From NCBI RefSeq assembly GCF_030028105.1, contig NC_092394.1, forward strand, positions 30,920,752 to 30,984,751: a stretch of DNA of 64,000 nt, written 5' to 3'. Each line of letters begins with the position of its first letter. The first letter of the stretch is position 1. This document shows, one piece after another, positions 1 to 12,236 of this stretch. Position numbers and translations under genes: made by a program. The stretch comes from Mobula birostris. Taxonomy: Eukaryota. Under the pieces are notes generated by a model. It was given only the letters and a program-made list of their open reading frames with translations, did not search any database and was not told the DNA's origin.

Positions 1-19
1 TAACTAGGTGGGTAGCAGT

Positions 20-386
20 TGCTTCTAGATGTCAGATGAGGACAGGATCAGGGCAAGTTTCTCTGTGGTTGAATAGCCTGCCAACACAAACTGTAAAAAG
101 TTACATACAAAGGCCATCTGTATGCATTCCTGGAGAACTTCCAGCATCCTGGTAAGGATCAATGGCTTCAAGAGAGGAATGGAAGGCGAGAAAAAATATT
201 GTCACAGTTAGCAGAAACACAATGATTTATAACATCCGTAGCTGAGTACTGTATGCTTTCAGGTTGCCATTTAATTCTTTAACAAATTTTGTTACACACT
301 GAAGGCCATTGATATTCTGAATGATATGGGAGCTCATTTTCTGTAAAATGCCAATCCTCCCTGATTTCTTCTGCACCCTATGAAGT
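20..386 (-). pseudogene. Candidate degraded exon with RGS-domain-like motifs
   Basis: ORF 227..433 contains SHIIQNINGLQCVTKFVKE, resembling RGS helices 2-3 (L-x-x-I-L-x-N-x-x-G-L-x-x-F-x-x-F-L-K). After stops/frameshifts comes TRMLEVLQECIQMAFVCNFLQF, resembling the terminal RGS helices. Possible AG acceptors at 387-388 or 378-379. Similarity judged by eye only. Confidence 0.25.
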
Positions 387-899
387 CTTACAAAACCATA
401 GAAAATTGAATCATTACTGATGATGGTACGCAAAAAGGTTTTTATGCATTTACTTGGGTATTTCTTAATGTTAGTTTATGGTTTTGGACATTATTCCACT
501 TGGAGATTATCTAAGGACCTCGGTTTTAAGAAAGGTGATTAATCATTTCAAGAAATTTCAGAACAAAAAGTGATACGGATGAATTAAGGACTGATCATCA
601 ACAACAAGGTTAGGAATCAAATAATTGTATTACTGTGCTTTAATGCTATAAGATTGCATTGAAGCAAGGTTGTGGGTCACTATTTGTCAAATGGACATAA
701 GATGGAAGATCTTCAGTTACGAGGTTCTCAGAAGGGCAATGGTGGAATTGTATGTGTGAAGCTGTACTGCAACTTAGGTTGTTTTTTCTGGAAGTGTTCC
801 CTGTTAATGGACTGCAAGAGTTGCCAGCAATTACTCGTGCAGTACAACCTTTGCAGATGTCTTATAAGGGGCATGTGTGCAGTGCTCTTTCAGCTAATG

Positions 900-2907
900 G
901 AGAATGGTGCTGTTGAATGAACGGTTGTTCCTCTAGAAAGGTTTGCAAAATATCCTCTATATCCCATTGATCAACTAGATTAATGGTAACCTTAAAATCA
1001 CCAGATATCCTGACAGGCCCATTCTTCTTGGCTTTTGGGACCACTGGCATTGCCCATGGGCTCCATGCAACCTTGGAAAGGATTCCTTCAGCCACCATGC
1101 AATCTAGCTCACTGGCTACTTTATCAACGATGAAATACGGAGCTGGACAGGCTCTGTAAAACTTGAGTGAAGCATTTTTATTTAACACTATTTTACCCTT
1201 GATACGCTTGAGTTTTCCAATACCATCCTTGAACACTGCAGTGGCATCATCCAGTCCCTTTTTTAATTGGCTGGGCAGTTGACCCTATTGCAGGGGATGT
1301 GGCATGAAAATGCTAGATGGATCTACGATCAAGCTGTATTTGTCTCAGCTAGTCATAGTCGGACAATGCTGGCTCTCCTGTTTTTGCCACCTACAAGCCG
1401 GATGTAGCTTGTAGGTTTTTGTATTTCACTGTTACAAATGTCATTCTCACTGGAGTTATCTTTTCTCCAGTATAAGTTCTTAGTTGGAGATCTGAAATCC
1501 TCATTTCAGTATCTTTGAAATTCCATTCAAACCCATTCTGTGGAATGATCGAAACAGCCAAGCCAGTGTCCAATTCCATTTTAAGCTTCTGTCTGGTGTA
1601 AGCCATATTGCTTGACTATTGCTAGTTTTCACATTGTAACTCCCAAGACTTCCAGGTTTGTGTCACTCTCATAATTATCAGATCCTTCATCAGCAGCCTG
1701 TAGATTAATGCTATTTTTGAAATTGCAACTTGACTTTTAATCTTTTTTTAATACCTTGTCTAGTCCATTTATGTTTGTTTGCCCAAGATGCTCTTTGTAT
1801 GTGTCCTAGTTTATTACATTTTCTGCAGGTTTCGTCATTAAACCTGAATTAGTTTGGTGTCTGTGAGACCCTGCCACTACTGTAACACAATTTGTTCAGC
1901 TAAGCAGTCTTCCATCTAGATGTTACAATCTTGTTCACACTCACTTTCATTCCTTCTGCAACTCAATAGCATCTCTGTCAGCTGATTCCATTGATACACC
2001 AATTTCAATTGCCTTTTTAATTGTAAGTTATGCTTCAGTTAGGAGCCATTTTCGCATGCTTTCTTGTACGATTTAACAAACTAAACAATCGCTCAATGTA
2101 TCATCAGGCTTTTCACTGAACTGACAATGCTCAGACAATTTCATCAATTCTGCCACGTTTGCTGAACTGGACGGCCCTTCCTTTTGATCCCACTTACGAA
2201 ACTAAAGTGTTCTGCAATCAACAGTGGTTTTGGTTCTAAATGTTCCTGCCTTACTTTCATGATTCAGCAAAGCTCATTTCAGCTGGTTTCGTTGGAGCAA
2301 TCAAACATCTAAACAAAATGTATGCCTTTAAACTAAATGCACTCAAAAAAATGGGCACTCGCTTCCAATTGGCTATTTCATTTTTTTCAAAGTACTGCTC
2401 AATTTGTTCCATATACAGCATTCAGTTACCTTCTGTGCAATTGAATGCATCTGTCTTTCCAATGTAACTAGCCATTTTTGCTTTTTTTTTTAAATTATGA
2501 TTATTATCATCCAGTACTCACTATTTGTGACCGTATGAATTTGTGCCTGTTTTCAGCCTTTTTAAAATTCAAACATCCTGCTCTGCTTTTTTTTTGAAAC
2601 TCAAACATCTCACTACAATTCAACAAGTAGGCAGTCATTTCAGGTTTATTTAAAACTTTCTTGCCACCACTGTTATGTTTTGTAACTCCAAAACATAAAA
2701 CTAATTGAAAGATAACATGGATCTGGGAATGCGTGCCTTCATTTTGTTTTTACATTTTAGCAAGGCACACACTTGTGACATGGTGGCATGATGACGTGTG
2801 CCATTCACATACTTTTACATATAACTCATAATGAATTATTTAAACAAAAAAGAATGCTTAATCTAATAATATATTTCCACTATTACTGAAATATTAAATA
2901 CACAACA
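900..2907 (-). mobile_element. Degenerate Mag/K02A2.6-like Ty3/Gypsy LTR retrotransposon (5' LTR, gag, protease, RT N-terminus), 3' truncated
   Basis: Protease motif LKMELDTGLAVSII (ORF 1391..1606). RT start ELDCMVAEGILSKVAWSPWAMPVVP..VRISGDFKVTIN (862..1236). Zinc-knuckle remnant CRKCNKLGHI near 1800-1830. Many stops and frameshifts. Confidence 0.92.
2671..2907 (-). repeat. 5' LTR (~237 bp) of the Mag-like Gypsy
   Basis: Plus strand reads TGTTATGTTTTGTAAC...AATATTAAATACACAACA (TG...CA ends). It is the reverse complement of the LTR at 61592-61845. Confidence 0.85.
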
Positions 2908-3244
2908 ACAATAAAGGTAATAAAATCTGCAAAGCGTCTCAGGAAAGAGGAAACAGACAAACTAAATATCTTAGTTCTTGTCATGTGGTGGAGAGAATGG
3001 AAGCTGCCATTTTGTGAGACTACCCTGATGTCACCATGTTGTGAACTGTTTTGTGAACTGGCTTTAGCTCAGGGATAGCTAGATCATTTCAAGATAAGAA
3101 GGTGATTGTGATCCTGTTTGTTTTCATAAAAAGGACAGGCTTATGGGCAAGCAGCCTGTGACCTGAAGCATTCTGAGCCCAGTGTTTTGGCTGACCTCAC
3201 CAAACTGGTTGGAACTGGTTGACCCAGCAGAAACAAAGAAAGTG

Positions 3245-3520
3245 ACATAAGGCCACAAAACATAGGAGAAGAATTCCCATAACCTTTGACACCCTTACTA
3301 ATCAAGAACTTATCAATCTTCACTTTAAATATACCCAATGACTTGGCCTCTACAGTCACCTGTGGCATTAAGTTCCATAGATTCACCACCCACTGGCTAA
3401 AGAAATTCCTCATCTCTGTTCTAAAGCAATGTCCTTTCATTCCAAGTCTGCGCCCTCTGGTCCGAGACCCTCGCACTATTGGAAATACCCTCTCCACGTC
3501 CACTCTATCTAGTCCTTTCC
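3245..3520 (-). mobile_element. CR1 LINE 3' fragment
   Basis: KGLDRVDVERVFP..SRTRG..FRTEMRNFFSQWVVNLWN..LGIFKVKIDKFL in ORF 3141..3626 is the CR1 ORF2 C-terminus; a short-repeat tail follows. Confidence 0.88.
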
Positions 3521-4409
3521 GAGGCCCAAGCAAAAGAAAATAAGGTAAGGCTGTTTGGAGCCTCGTTCCAGATCCAATGAGAAGCTGGCACAGGCTAGCC
3601 AGATGAATCTGAGCCAAGGAAATCAAAACACAACACTTAAAACTGATAAGGAAGAAGATAAAAATGGAAGAATTCTAGTGCCGAAGCAGGAAGAACCTTC
3701 ACAGAAGTGGATGATCCCATGTTGGAAATATAGGGATGATGTCAGGATCAAGAGGAATGCCAGTCCAGTGTGAATTCCTTTTCTTGACTTTTTCTATTCT
3801 TTGACTATTCAGGGAAAGTCTGGGAAACCTAGTGGGCGTGCTCCCGGACAATTAGTGTCATATGACTTGTGTGTTTATTTTTAACTGAAGCAAAAAAAGC
3901 AATTGTCAGTTAATACAGATTTTCTTTGTGCCCAACCAACCAATGTTGTTGAGGGAGAATGACTGCAACAGGGCTGTGGGGAATCTCGAGGGCTAATGCT
4001 GGGTGCTCCTGCAGGAAGTTGCCAGAGATGTCTCTGTGAGGAGGAGAGAATGGCCTGTTACTCGTGTACCTTGGGAAGCTGGTTGCAGGCAAATGCCAAC
4101 GTCCACTCTGGGATGAAAAGAAAGTAGCAGAATCCTATCATTCAAGAGAATGGAGGCCCAAGTGAGCCTGAGTAAGTGGAAATTGGGTACAATTTTACAC
4201 TGGTGCTCATAAATTTTAGATTAACGTCGAATGGAACTAAACTGCGTTCGAGAAAGGGTGAAGATTCAAATTAATGTGTCACAGTCACCAAAGTATGTGT
4301 AAAAAATCTAATTGATGGTCAAGTATGACCTGTTTCATCATTTTTGGCCTAGTTCTCATGAACTGTCGACGTGAGACAAATGGACCAGGGGACATAGCGA
4401 CATATTTGG

Positions 4410-4632
4410 AACACGAGATTCTGCAGATGCTGGAATTCCAGAGCAACGCACACAAAATGCAGGAGGAACTCAACAGATCAGGCAGCATCTATGAAGGGGA
4501 ATGAAGAGTCGACATTTTGTGCCCAGACCTCATCTGGTACCCTGACGAAGGGTCTCAGTCCAAAACATCGACTCTTAATTCCTCTCCACAGATCCTGCCT
4601 GACCCACTGAATTCCTCTAATATTTGGTGTTG
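4410..4632. mobile_element. Penelope-like pseudo-LTR units in inverted arrangement (fold-back)
   Basis: Arm ~4450-4531 is the reverse complement of ~4541-4632. The right arm carries a decayed hammerhead core CTGACGAAGGGTCTCAGTCCAAAACATC. Confidence 0.8.
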
Positions 4633-4776
4633 AGACTTGGGCTGGTTTGGGAACATATGATGGTTATATTAAATGTAATGCCTAATTATATGATTTAAGC
4701 AGGGTACATATACTATGATTGTTTTTGTTTAATTTGTCCATATGTCTCGTATTGATAGCACAGTGGTTATTATAAC

Positions 4777-5070
4777 GGGGTGCCCCAGTAGTGCAGTATT
4801 TAGGCGAAGCATCAACAGCTTGGGGAGCCAGCGCTTGAAGTTCTCTTCCAGTATCGTCTGTAAGAAGGTTTGTATGTTCTTCCCGTGTGTGCGTGGGTTT
4901 CCTCCAGGTGCTCCATTTTTTCCCCAAAGACGTACCGGTTAATAGATCGATTGGTCATTGTAAGCTGTCCTGTGTGTAGGCTAGGGTTAAGTCGATGGGC
5001 TGCTGGACAGTGTGGCTGGGTGACCTGGGGAGGCCTGCTCTGCGCGGTATCTCTACATAAAATAAATAAT
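4777..5070 (+). mobile_element. HE1/V-SINE-like tRNA-derived SINE
   Basis: tRNA-like head, V-domain-like GTGTGTGCGTGGGTTTCCTCCAGGTGCTCC..CCAAAGAC, CR1-like tail GGCCTGCTCTGCGCGGTATCTCT and (AAAT)n. Confidence 0.8.
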
Positions 5071-5499
5071 GTGGACCGTTTGGCTTACCCTTGTGCGTTT
5101 TAACTTTGTGCAACTGTCTGACCCCGTTTCAGGGCAGCAGGGTGCAACTTGCTGACCTCTGCCAACTGTTACCGGGATACCTGGAGCCGCGGACTATCGC
5201 CCAGTCACGCAGTCACTGACGCAGTGGCCGGCTGTGCCCCTGACCGGCCTCCAGGGTCACAGCTGAGCTGTGCCGTGGGGAAGGGTGATCTGGGATGTAA
5301 AGCACTGGCACCGCGCACAGCTTTAAGCCTCCTGAAAGGGAGCTGGAGCACAGCTGTGCTCTTCTCCTTGGACCTCATTCACTTTGCATGTTGCTGAGCT
5401 CTCACCAGGCATTTTTGTGACCCAGATCGTCCTTACAAAGATTTAAAAAGCCACAGTTAAAATATTAGTATAGTAGGATCAAATTTATCACTCCGAAAC

Positions 5500-6060
5500 C
5501 CGCAAGAGTTGTTCCGGAATCTTGAGAAATTGGGCGATGGTAACCAACATAGCCACTACCTCTGCAGTCATCTCTTTCAAAACTCTGAGATATGAATTAT
5601 TGGATTTATCAGATATTTCAATACCACCAACTTCTCAAGTGTCTTTTCATTAATACTAATATCCATTGATTCCAGTGTCTCGTTAGATACTTGGTTAGAA
5701 CCAATCTTTTGTGTCATTTTCGATGAAGATTAAGCATTTTCTTTCACTTCTCTATCACTTCCTTATTCCTTAGGTACTGCTTCTGTCTGCAAAGTGCTCA
5801 CATGCCCTCATTAATGCTTCCCTTATTACTTATTGTTTCCTAATTAGAAGCTGTTTTTATGTTATTTGCCAGTTTAATCCCATATTCTATTTTCTCTTTT
5901 GGTTTCCCTTTGCTGAGTCTAAATTACTCCCAATTCTTGAGCCTTCTGCTGTTTCTGACAGCTGCAAAGCTTCTTCCATTGACTTGATGCTATCTTTAAT
6001 TTTGATTGTTGGCCTTGGATGAAGCACTTTCCTTGCTTGGCTTGGGTGTCTTAAAGACAA
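5500..6060 (-). mobile_element. Ancient CR1 ORF2 remnant (continues at ~7500-7700 and ~9460-9700)
   Basis: Reverse complement resembles the CR1 RVLKEVAEEIA region near 5550-5610 and endonuclease-coding sequence further right; heavily decayed. Confidence 0.5.
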
Positions 6061-6079
6061 AATACGTGATTTTCAATTA

Positions 6080-6549
6080 CAGTGGATTCTGATTAATTGA
6101 GCCTTTGGTTGATCAGCACAGCCAATTACTTGGGACAACTTTTAAAGAATAAAAGCTAATCAGGAATATTGCCAGAATTCCCTTAGTTTATTTGGGACAC
6201 CATGCCATTTCCTAGGGGCAGGGGCCTGTTGCCAGCCAGGTTCTAACTAGCACTTGTGTTACTGTTAGATGCTACAGTGTGCTTAGAGCCAAGAGGTTTT
6301 AAATAGCATCAGTCGTCTGTGTTTGTGTTTTAAAAAGCAGTGATTTTTGTCACTGATAGTTGGTGAGAAAGAGACAGAAAGACAATCAGAACTGTTTTGC
6401 TTACTGTGGCTTCAAGCATTCATACTTGGAGATGCCAGAAATAGCTGGGAGTGAAAATGTTACATGTCAGAATGTTAGGAATTCGGGCAGCCGTTAATTG
6501 GGCCAAAATGTACTGGTTCCTATGTGTCCCAATTAACAGGAAAACACTG
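6080..6549. mobile_element. Tigger/pogo-type non-autonomous DNA transposon (MITE)
   Basis: TA|CAGTGGATTCTGATTAATTG ... CCCAATTAACAGGAAAACACTG|TA: imperfect TIRs with a TA duplication. Confidence 0.8.
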
Positions 6550-6562
6550 TATATGCCAGACA

Positions 6563-6960
6563 ACACACATCAAAGTTGCTGGTGAACTCAGCAGGCAGGC
6601 CAGGCAGCACCTCTAGAAGAGGTACAGTCGACGTTTCAGGCCGAGACCCTTCACTGCCTGGCCTGCTGCGTTCACCAGCAACTTTGATGTGTGTTGCTTG
6701 AATTTCCAGCATCTGCAGAATTCCTCGTGTTTGCATTTTTAAATTCACTACTGCGAAGCCTCTTCCGGTGATGCCTACACTGAAGAAGTTTAAATCTTCT
6801 CTTCCACTAGCTCTTTCTTCAGTTAGTCCTGACGAAGGGTCTCGGCCTGAAATGTCGACTGTACCTCTTCCTAGAGATGCTGCCTGGCCTGCTGCATTCA
6901 CCAGCAACTTTGATGTGTGTTGCTTGAATTTCCAGCATCTGCAGAATTCCTCGTGTTTGC
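6563..6960 (+). mobile_element. Non-autonomous Penelope-like insertion: inverted pLTR piece plus partial tandem pLTRs
   Basis: Direct repeat 6654-6734 = 6880-6960 (81 bp, 1 mismatch). Inverted copy at ~6561-6653. Flanking TSD GTATATGCCAGACA (6549-6562) / GTATACGCCAGACA (6961-6974). Confidence 0.88.
6825..6860 (+). ncRNA. Minimal type I hammerhead ribozyme motif (Penelope-associated)
   Basis: AGTC-CTGACGA-AGGGTCTCGGCCT-GAAA-TGTC-GACT: stem I AGTC/GACT, CUGANGA core, stem II AGG/CCT, GAAA, GUC cleavage triplet. Confidence 0.75.
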
Positions 6961-7069
6961 GTATACGCCAGACATTGCCTCTACACTTTTATATATTTTA
7001 ATACACAGTAAATAAGTCATCTCTCACTGTTCCATAATTTCTGCTGTTTTTATTTAAGGCTCCTATTTA

Positions 7070-7273
7070 TACTTTATACTTTATTGTCACCAAACAATTG
7101 ATACTAGAACGTACAATCATCATAGCGATATTTGATTCTGCGCTTCCCGCTCCCTGGATTACAAATCGATAGTAAATATTAAAAATTTAAATTATAAATC
7201 ATAAATAGAAAAATTAGAAAAATGGAAAGTAAGGTAGTACAAAAAAACTGAGATGCAGGTCCGGATATTTGGA
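7070..7273 (-). mobile_element. Rex1/Babar-like LINE, 3' UTR only
   Basis: Near-identical to the 3' end (~59930-60126) of the LINE at 59925-60835. Confidence 0.85.
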
Positions 7274-7706
7274 TAATTCTAATTGTACAACAATTTGCAG
7301 TCACTGTAGAATCCAAATATATTGTAGTTCCTCTAAAAGCCTAATTGCAGAAATATTGCTAATGTTTTGTTCAATTAAATAATATTGATTCTAAAATAAC
7401 CTTCGTGCCAGCTGTTTACACAATACATTTTTTATAAAAACAAATTGAATACATTCCATGAATTCTTCCTCCACCTTTTACGCATAAACTTGATTTGTCC
7501 ATTCCGAGTGTAGATTTAAGTACCCAATGATTACAGTACTGTACCTGTTGCATTCATGCCAACTTCCTGGTTTACGCCATGCCCAGTATCAATATATGGT
7601 GTTCAACAAGTAACTCAACTAAAGTTTTCTTCTCTTTGCTGCTTCAGAACTTCACCCAGGCTAATCCTAATTCTACTTGATGATCTATTGAGCCAAGATT
7701 ACCTCT

Positions 7707-9457
7707 TAGTCATAGTCATAGTCATAGTCATACTTTATTAATCCCGGGGGAAATTGGTTTTCGTTACAGTTGCTCCATAAATAATAAATAGTAATAGAAC
7801 CATAAATAGTTAAATAATAATATGTAAATTATGCCAGTAAATTATGAAATACGTCCAGGACCAGCCTATTGGCCCAGAGTGTCTGACCCTCCAAGGGAGG
7901 AGTTGTAAAGTTTGATGGCCACAGGCAGGAATGACTTCCTATGACGCTCTGTGCTGCATCTCAGTGGAATGAGTCTCTGGCTGAATGTACTCCTGTGCCC
8001 ACCCAGTACATTATGTAGTGGATGGGAGACATTGACCAAGATGGCATGCAACTTAGACAGCGTCCTCTTTTCAGACACCACCGTGACAGAATCCAGTTCC
8101 ATCCCCACAACATCACTGGCCTTACGAATGAGTTTGTTGATTCTGTTGGTGTCTGCCACCCTCAGCCTGCCCGGAGCACACAACAGCAAACATGATAGTA
8201 CTGGCCACCACAGACTCATAGAACATCCTCAACGTCGTCCGGCAGATGTTAAAGGACCTCAGTCTCCTCAGGAAATAGAGACGGCTCTGACCCTTCTTGT
8301 AGACAGCCTCAGTGTTCTTTGACCAGTCCAGTTTATTGTCAATTTGTATCCCCAGGTATTTGTAATCCTCCACCATGTCCACACTGACCCCATGGATGGA
8401 AATAGGGGTCACCAGTACCTTAACTCTCCTCAGGTCTACCATCAGCTCCTTAGTCTTTTTCACATTAAGCTGCAGATAATTCTGCTCACAGCATGTGACA
8501 AAGTTTCCTACCGTAGCCCTGTACTCAGCCTCATCTCCCTTGCTGATGCATCCCTTGCAGAGTCATCCAAAAACTTCTAAAGATGACAAGACTCTGTGCA
8601 GTAGTTGAAGTCCGAGGTGTAAATGGTGAAGAGAAAGGGAGACAAGATAGTCCCCTGTGGAGCCCCAGTGCTACTGATCACTCTGTCGGACACACAGTGT
8701 TGCAAGCACACGTACTGTGGTCTGCCAGTCAGGTAATCAAGAATTCATGATACCAGGGAAGCATCCACCTGCACCGCTGTCAGCTTCTCCCCCAGCAGAG
8801 CAGGGCAGATGGTGTTGAACGCACTGGAGAAGTCAAAAAACATGACCCTCACAGTGCTCGCTGGCTTGTCCAGGTAGGCGTAGACACAGTTCAGCAGGTA
8901 GATGATGGCATCCTCAACTCCTAGTCGGGGCTGGTAGGGATCTAAGTGTGGCCTGACCATAGGCCGGAGCAGCTCCAGAACAAGTCTCTCCAGGGTCTTC
9001 ATGATGTAGGAGGTCAATGCCTCCGGTCTGTAGTCATTGAGGCCGCTGGGGCACGGCGTCTTCGGCACAGGGACGAGGCAGGACATCTTCCACAGTACAG
9101 GAACCCTCTGGAGCCTCAGGCTCAGGTTGAATACATGGCGAAGTACTCCACATAGCTGAGGTGCACAGGCTTTGATCACCCTGGGACTGACACCATCCGG
9201 TGCTGCAGCCTTGCTTGGGTTGAGACGTTTCACCTGTCTTCTCACCTGTTCAGCTGTGAAGCCCACCGTGGTGGTTTCGTGTAGGGAAGGGGTATAGTCA
9301 TGAGAGCAGGGTGGTGGACTGTGAGGAGGGGTAGGAGGGGAGAGTGGAATATGTGTTGGTTGGGGGCTGACAACAGATGGCTCATGTGTGGGATGGGCAG
9401 GGGCCACACTGTCAAATCTGTTAAAGAACAGGTTAAGTTCATTGGCCCTGTCCACAC
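7707..9457 (-). mobile_element. Rex1/Babar LINE, 5'-truncated, frameshifted RT
   Basis: ANELNLFFNRFD..KAAAPDGVSPRVIKACAPQL..LNDYRPEALTS..FFDFSSAFNTI (8745..9455); KTKELMVD..YKYLG..RLYFLRRLRSF (8122..8463); 3' AATAAA followed by (CTATGA)n. Confidence 0.95.
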
Positions 9458-10597
9458 TAACCCATGTACTGATCCAATCGTTTACTAATAATGCTATTTC
9501 ATTTCCTTTCCATTGTCCTTCCTAAACATCAATTACCCTTGAACATTTGGCAACCAGTTTTGGTCACATCGCAACCATGTTTTTGTCACGGGACGTAGAT
9601 CAAACCACTTATACTTGTTCAGTGATTCATGATAAGAATGCTGTGTGCATTTAGATATGCATCTTTACTTTTGCCCTAATACATATTTTTTTCTGTACTG
9701 TGATCCATTTGCAGTTAGCCTTTATTTCCTCTGCCTATTGCTTACTTCTGTCATAACTTCCACTCCCCATTTTGTTCGTCTCCCTCCAGTATTGCTTTGA
9801 TGTTTCCCACTCGCCTGTTGTTCCTAGTCCTGCTGAAGTGAACCTACATGACCTGGCAAGCCTCAGCTGCCAGAGAAATCATCCCTTGCCCTAGAAACTT
9901 AAAGCCCTGCCTTCTGCACCTTCTGACCAGCTACAGGACAGTGATCTGTCACCAGGGAGCAACCTGTTGTTTCCACTGAGCAAGAGAATATCATTTGCTG
10001 GTTTCCATGGAGACAGAAGCCTCCTGCATGCCTCTCATTTTTTGCCTGGAATAAAGGGAAGTCACACATAAGCAGCACTGTTCCCAGCCTTCCGAGAAAC
10101 CCTGCGCCTCTCCAGCGGAAACGGAGAGATGTTAGGTAGAAGCAAATCTCTCCCCAACAGGAGCAGGTATACGATGTGCGTGAATTCATCTCTTTGCCCC
10201 CTCCCCATTCGCTCAGCTCTTCATCACAAGCAGAGGTCTGCCTAGATTTTGCTGGGGGCTGACTTGAAGGTGATGCAAGAGGGTAATAAGGACCGAAAAC
10301 ATTTGACCTGGGAGTCTGCCATTTGCCTCACCTCTGAATCTGGAGTGTGAGTAGTACTGGAACAGACTGAAAGCTGTTTCGTGTGCAGGTTCAGCATATA
10401 AATACCCCCTCCCCCCCATTCCTGGTTTCACTGTCATTCTCCCACCGTGGCCTCTTGGGTAACACACTTACTGGAGAACCCACACCCATTTTCCCAGTCT
10501 GAGGTCAGCCCCATATAGGGCAAGAGCCCCTCACAGATCACCAGGGCCAATGATGGAACTGCAAAGTAGTGTAATCACGAGATTCAACAACCAAATA

Positions 10598-11306
10598 CTG
10601 AGCAACACACACAAAATGCTGGAGGAACTCAGCAGGCCGGGCAACACCTATGGAAAAGAGCACAGTCGGCGTCTCAGGCTGAGACTCTTCGGAGAATAAA
10701 AGATGAGGGGTAGATTTAACAAGTGGAGGGGGAGGGGAGAGAGAAACACAAGGTGATAGGTGAAATTCAGAGGGTGAGGGATGAAGCAAATGGCTGGGAA
10801 GTTCACTGGTGAAAGAGTCACAGGGCTGGAGAAGAGGGAGTCCAATAGGAGAGGACAGAAGGCGATGGATGAAAGAAAAGGGGGAGGAGCATCGGAGGGA
10901 GGCGATGGGCAAGCAAGGAGATAAGGTGAGGGGGAAAAAGGGGATGGGCAATGGTGAAGGTGGGGGGAGATTACTAGAAGTTCGAGAAATCAATGTTCAT
11001 GTCATCAGGTTGGAGGCTACCCAGACTGAATATGTGTGGCCTCATCACAACAGTAGAGGAGGCCGTGGATAGACGTATCGGAATGGGAATGGGAAGTGGA
11101 ATTAAAATGGGTGGCCACTGGGAGATCACGCTTCTTCTGGCGGGTAGAGCGCAGCTGCTCAGTGAAGCGGTCTCCCAATCTACGTTGGGTCTCGCCAACA
11201 TACAGGAGGCCACACCGGGAGCACTGGGCACAGTATAAGACCTGAAAAGACTCACAGGGGAAGTGTCGGCTCACCTGGAAGGACTGTTTGGGACCCTGAA
11301 TGGCAG
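10598..11306 (-). mobile_element. Penelope-like element 3' part (GIY-YIG endonuclease plus pLTR)
   Basis: VLYCAQCSRCGLLYVGETQRRLGDRFTEQLRS..PVATHFN (11017..11319), followed by a pyrimidine-rich UTR and a decayed hammerhead at ~10663-10692. Confidence 0.92.
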
Positions 11307-11493
11307 TCTCTTTTTTCATTCAATCAGGATCCACAAATACTGTATATCCAGAAAGGAGATACATCCTTAAAGGAAACAGCACATCCAAGTCTGTACACAG
11401 GGTTATCATGCAGGAAAGGATATTTCACTTGTCAGGGAAAGGATTTTCTCTTTAAGTAGTATCCGATTTTGCTGTGTTATAACCGATTCCTTA

Positions 11494-11880
11494 CATCTTG
11501 ACAATACTCAAATATATTAATGTGCTTAACATCCTTCATTGTGCAGAGATATGACCCACTGGTGTGAAGACTGCGGACGTTACTGCAGACCTTGCAATGG
11601 ATCAAATACTTGGCTTTGTTAATATCATGCATTTCATTTTGACACAATCGAAGAAAGTTTGGATTTCTGCTAGATGGTGATGGATGCACTTCCAGCAGAA
11701 GTTGTTGCAAACTAATTTTAGTTATGCAAAGTTCTCCTGTCAATTACTTCCAATGTGACTCATTCCTGTCCTGCTATTTTCCCCAGCTTGGTCTGCTTCT
11801 ATGATACAATGGCAACCTCGGAGAAAAGGATTGTTTGTGAGCAAAGCCGCGATGGCCATTTGCTGTTCATTCTTCATCCT
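11494..11880 (-). pseudogene. Candidate degraded exon
   Basis: Non-repetitive island. The 88-aa ORF ends at EYCQD|GTAAGG, a good donor. An upstream frame MKNEQQMAIAALLTNNPFLRG follows a CAG acceptor; joining the two needs a frameshift. Confidence 0.25.
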
Positions 11881-11919
11881 GCTTTATATGGGAAATTAAA
11901 GCATCAGGATTAATCAGAG

Positions 11920-12236
11920 GCAACACACATCAAATTTGCTGGTGAATGCAGCAGGCCAGACAGCATCTCTAGGAAGAGGTACAGTCGAGGTTTCAGGCTG
12001 AGACCCTTCGTCAGGACTAACTGAAAGAAGAGCTAGTAAGAGATTTGAAAGTGGGAGGGGGAGGGTGAGATCCAAAATGATAGGAGAAGACAGGAGGGGG
12101 AGGGATGGAGCCAAGAGCTGGACAGTTGATTGGCAAAAGGGATATGAGAGGATCATGGGACAGGAGGCCCAGGGAGAAGGAAAAGGAGCGGGGGAGGGGA
12201 AACCCAGAGGATGGACAAGGGGTATAGTCAGAGGGA
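11920..12236 (-). mobile_element. Penelope-like 3' UTR/pLTR fragment
   Basis: Same subfamily sequence as ~6806-6923 (GCTCTTCTTTCAGTTAGTCCTGACGAAGGG...). Confidence 0.85.
11983..12018 (-). ncRNA. Minimal hammerhead ribozyme motif
   Basis: Minus strand reads AGTC-CTGACGA-AGGGTCTCAGCCT-GAAA-CCTC-GACT. Confidence 0.65.
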
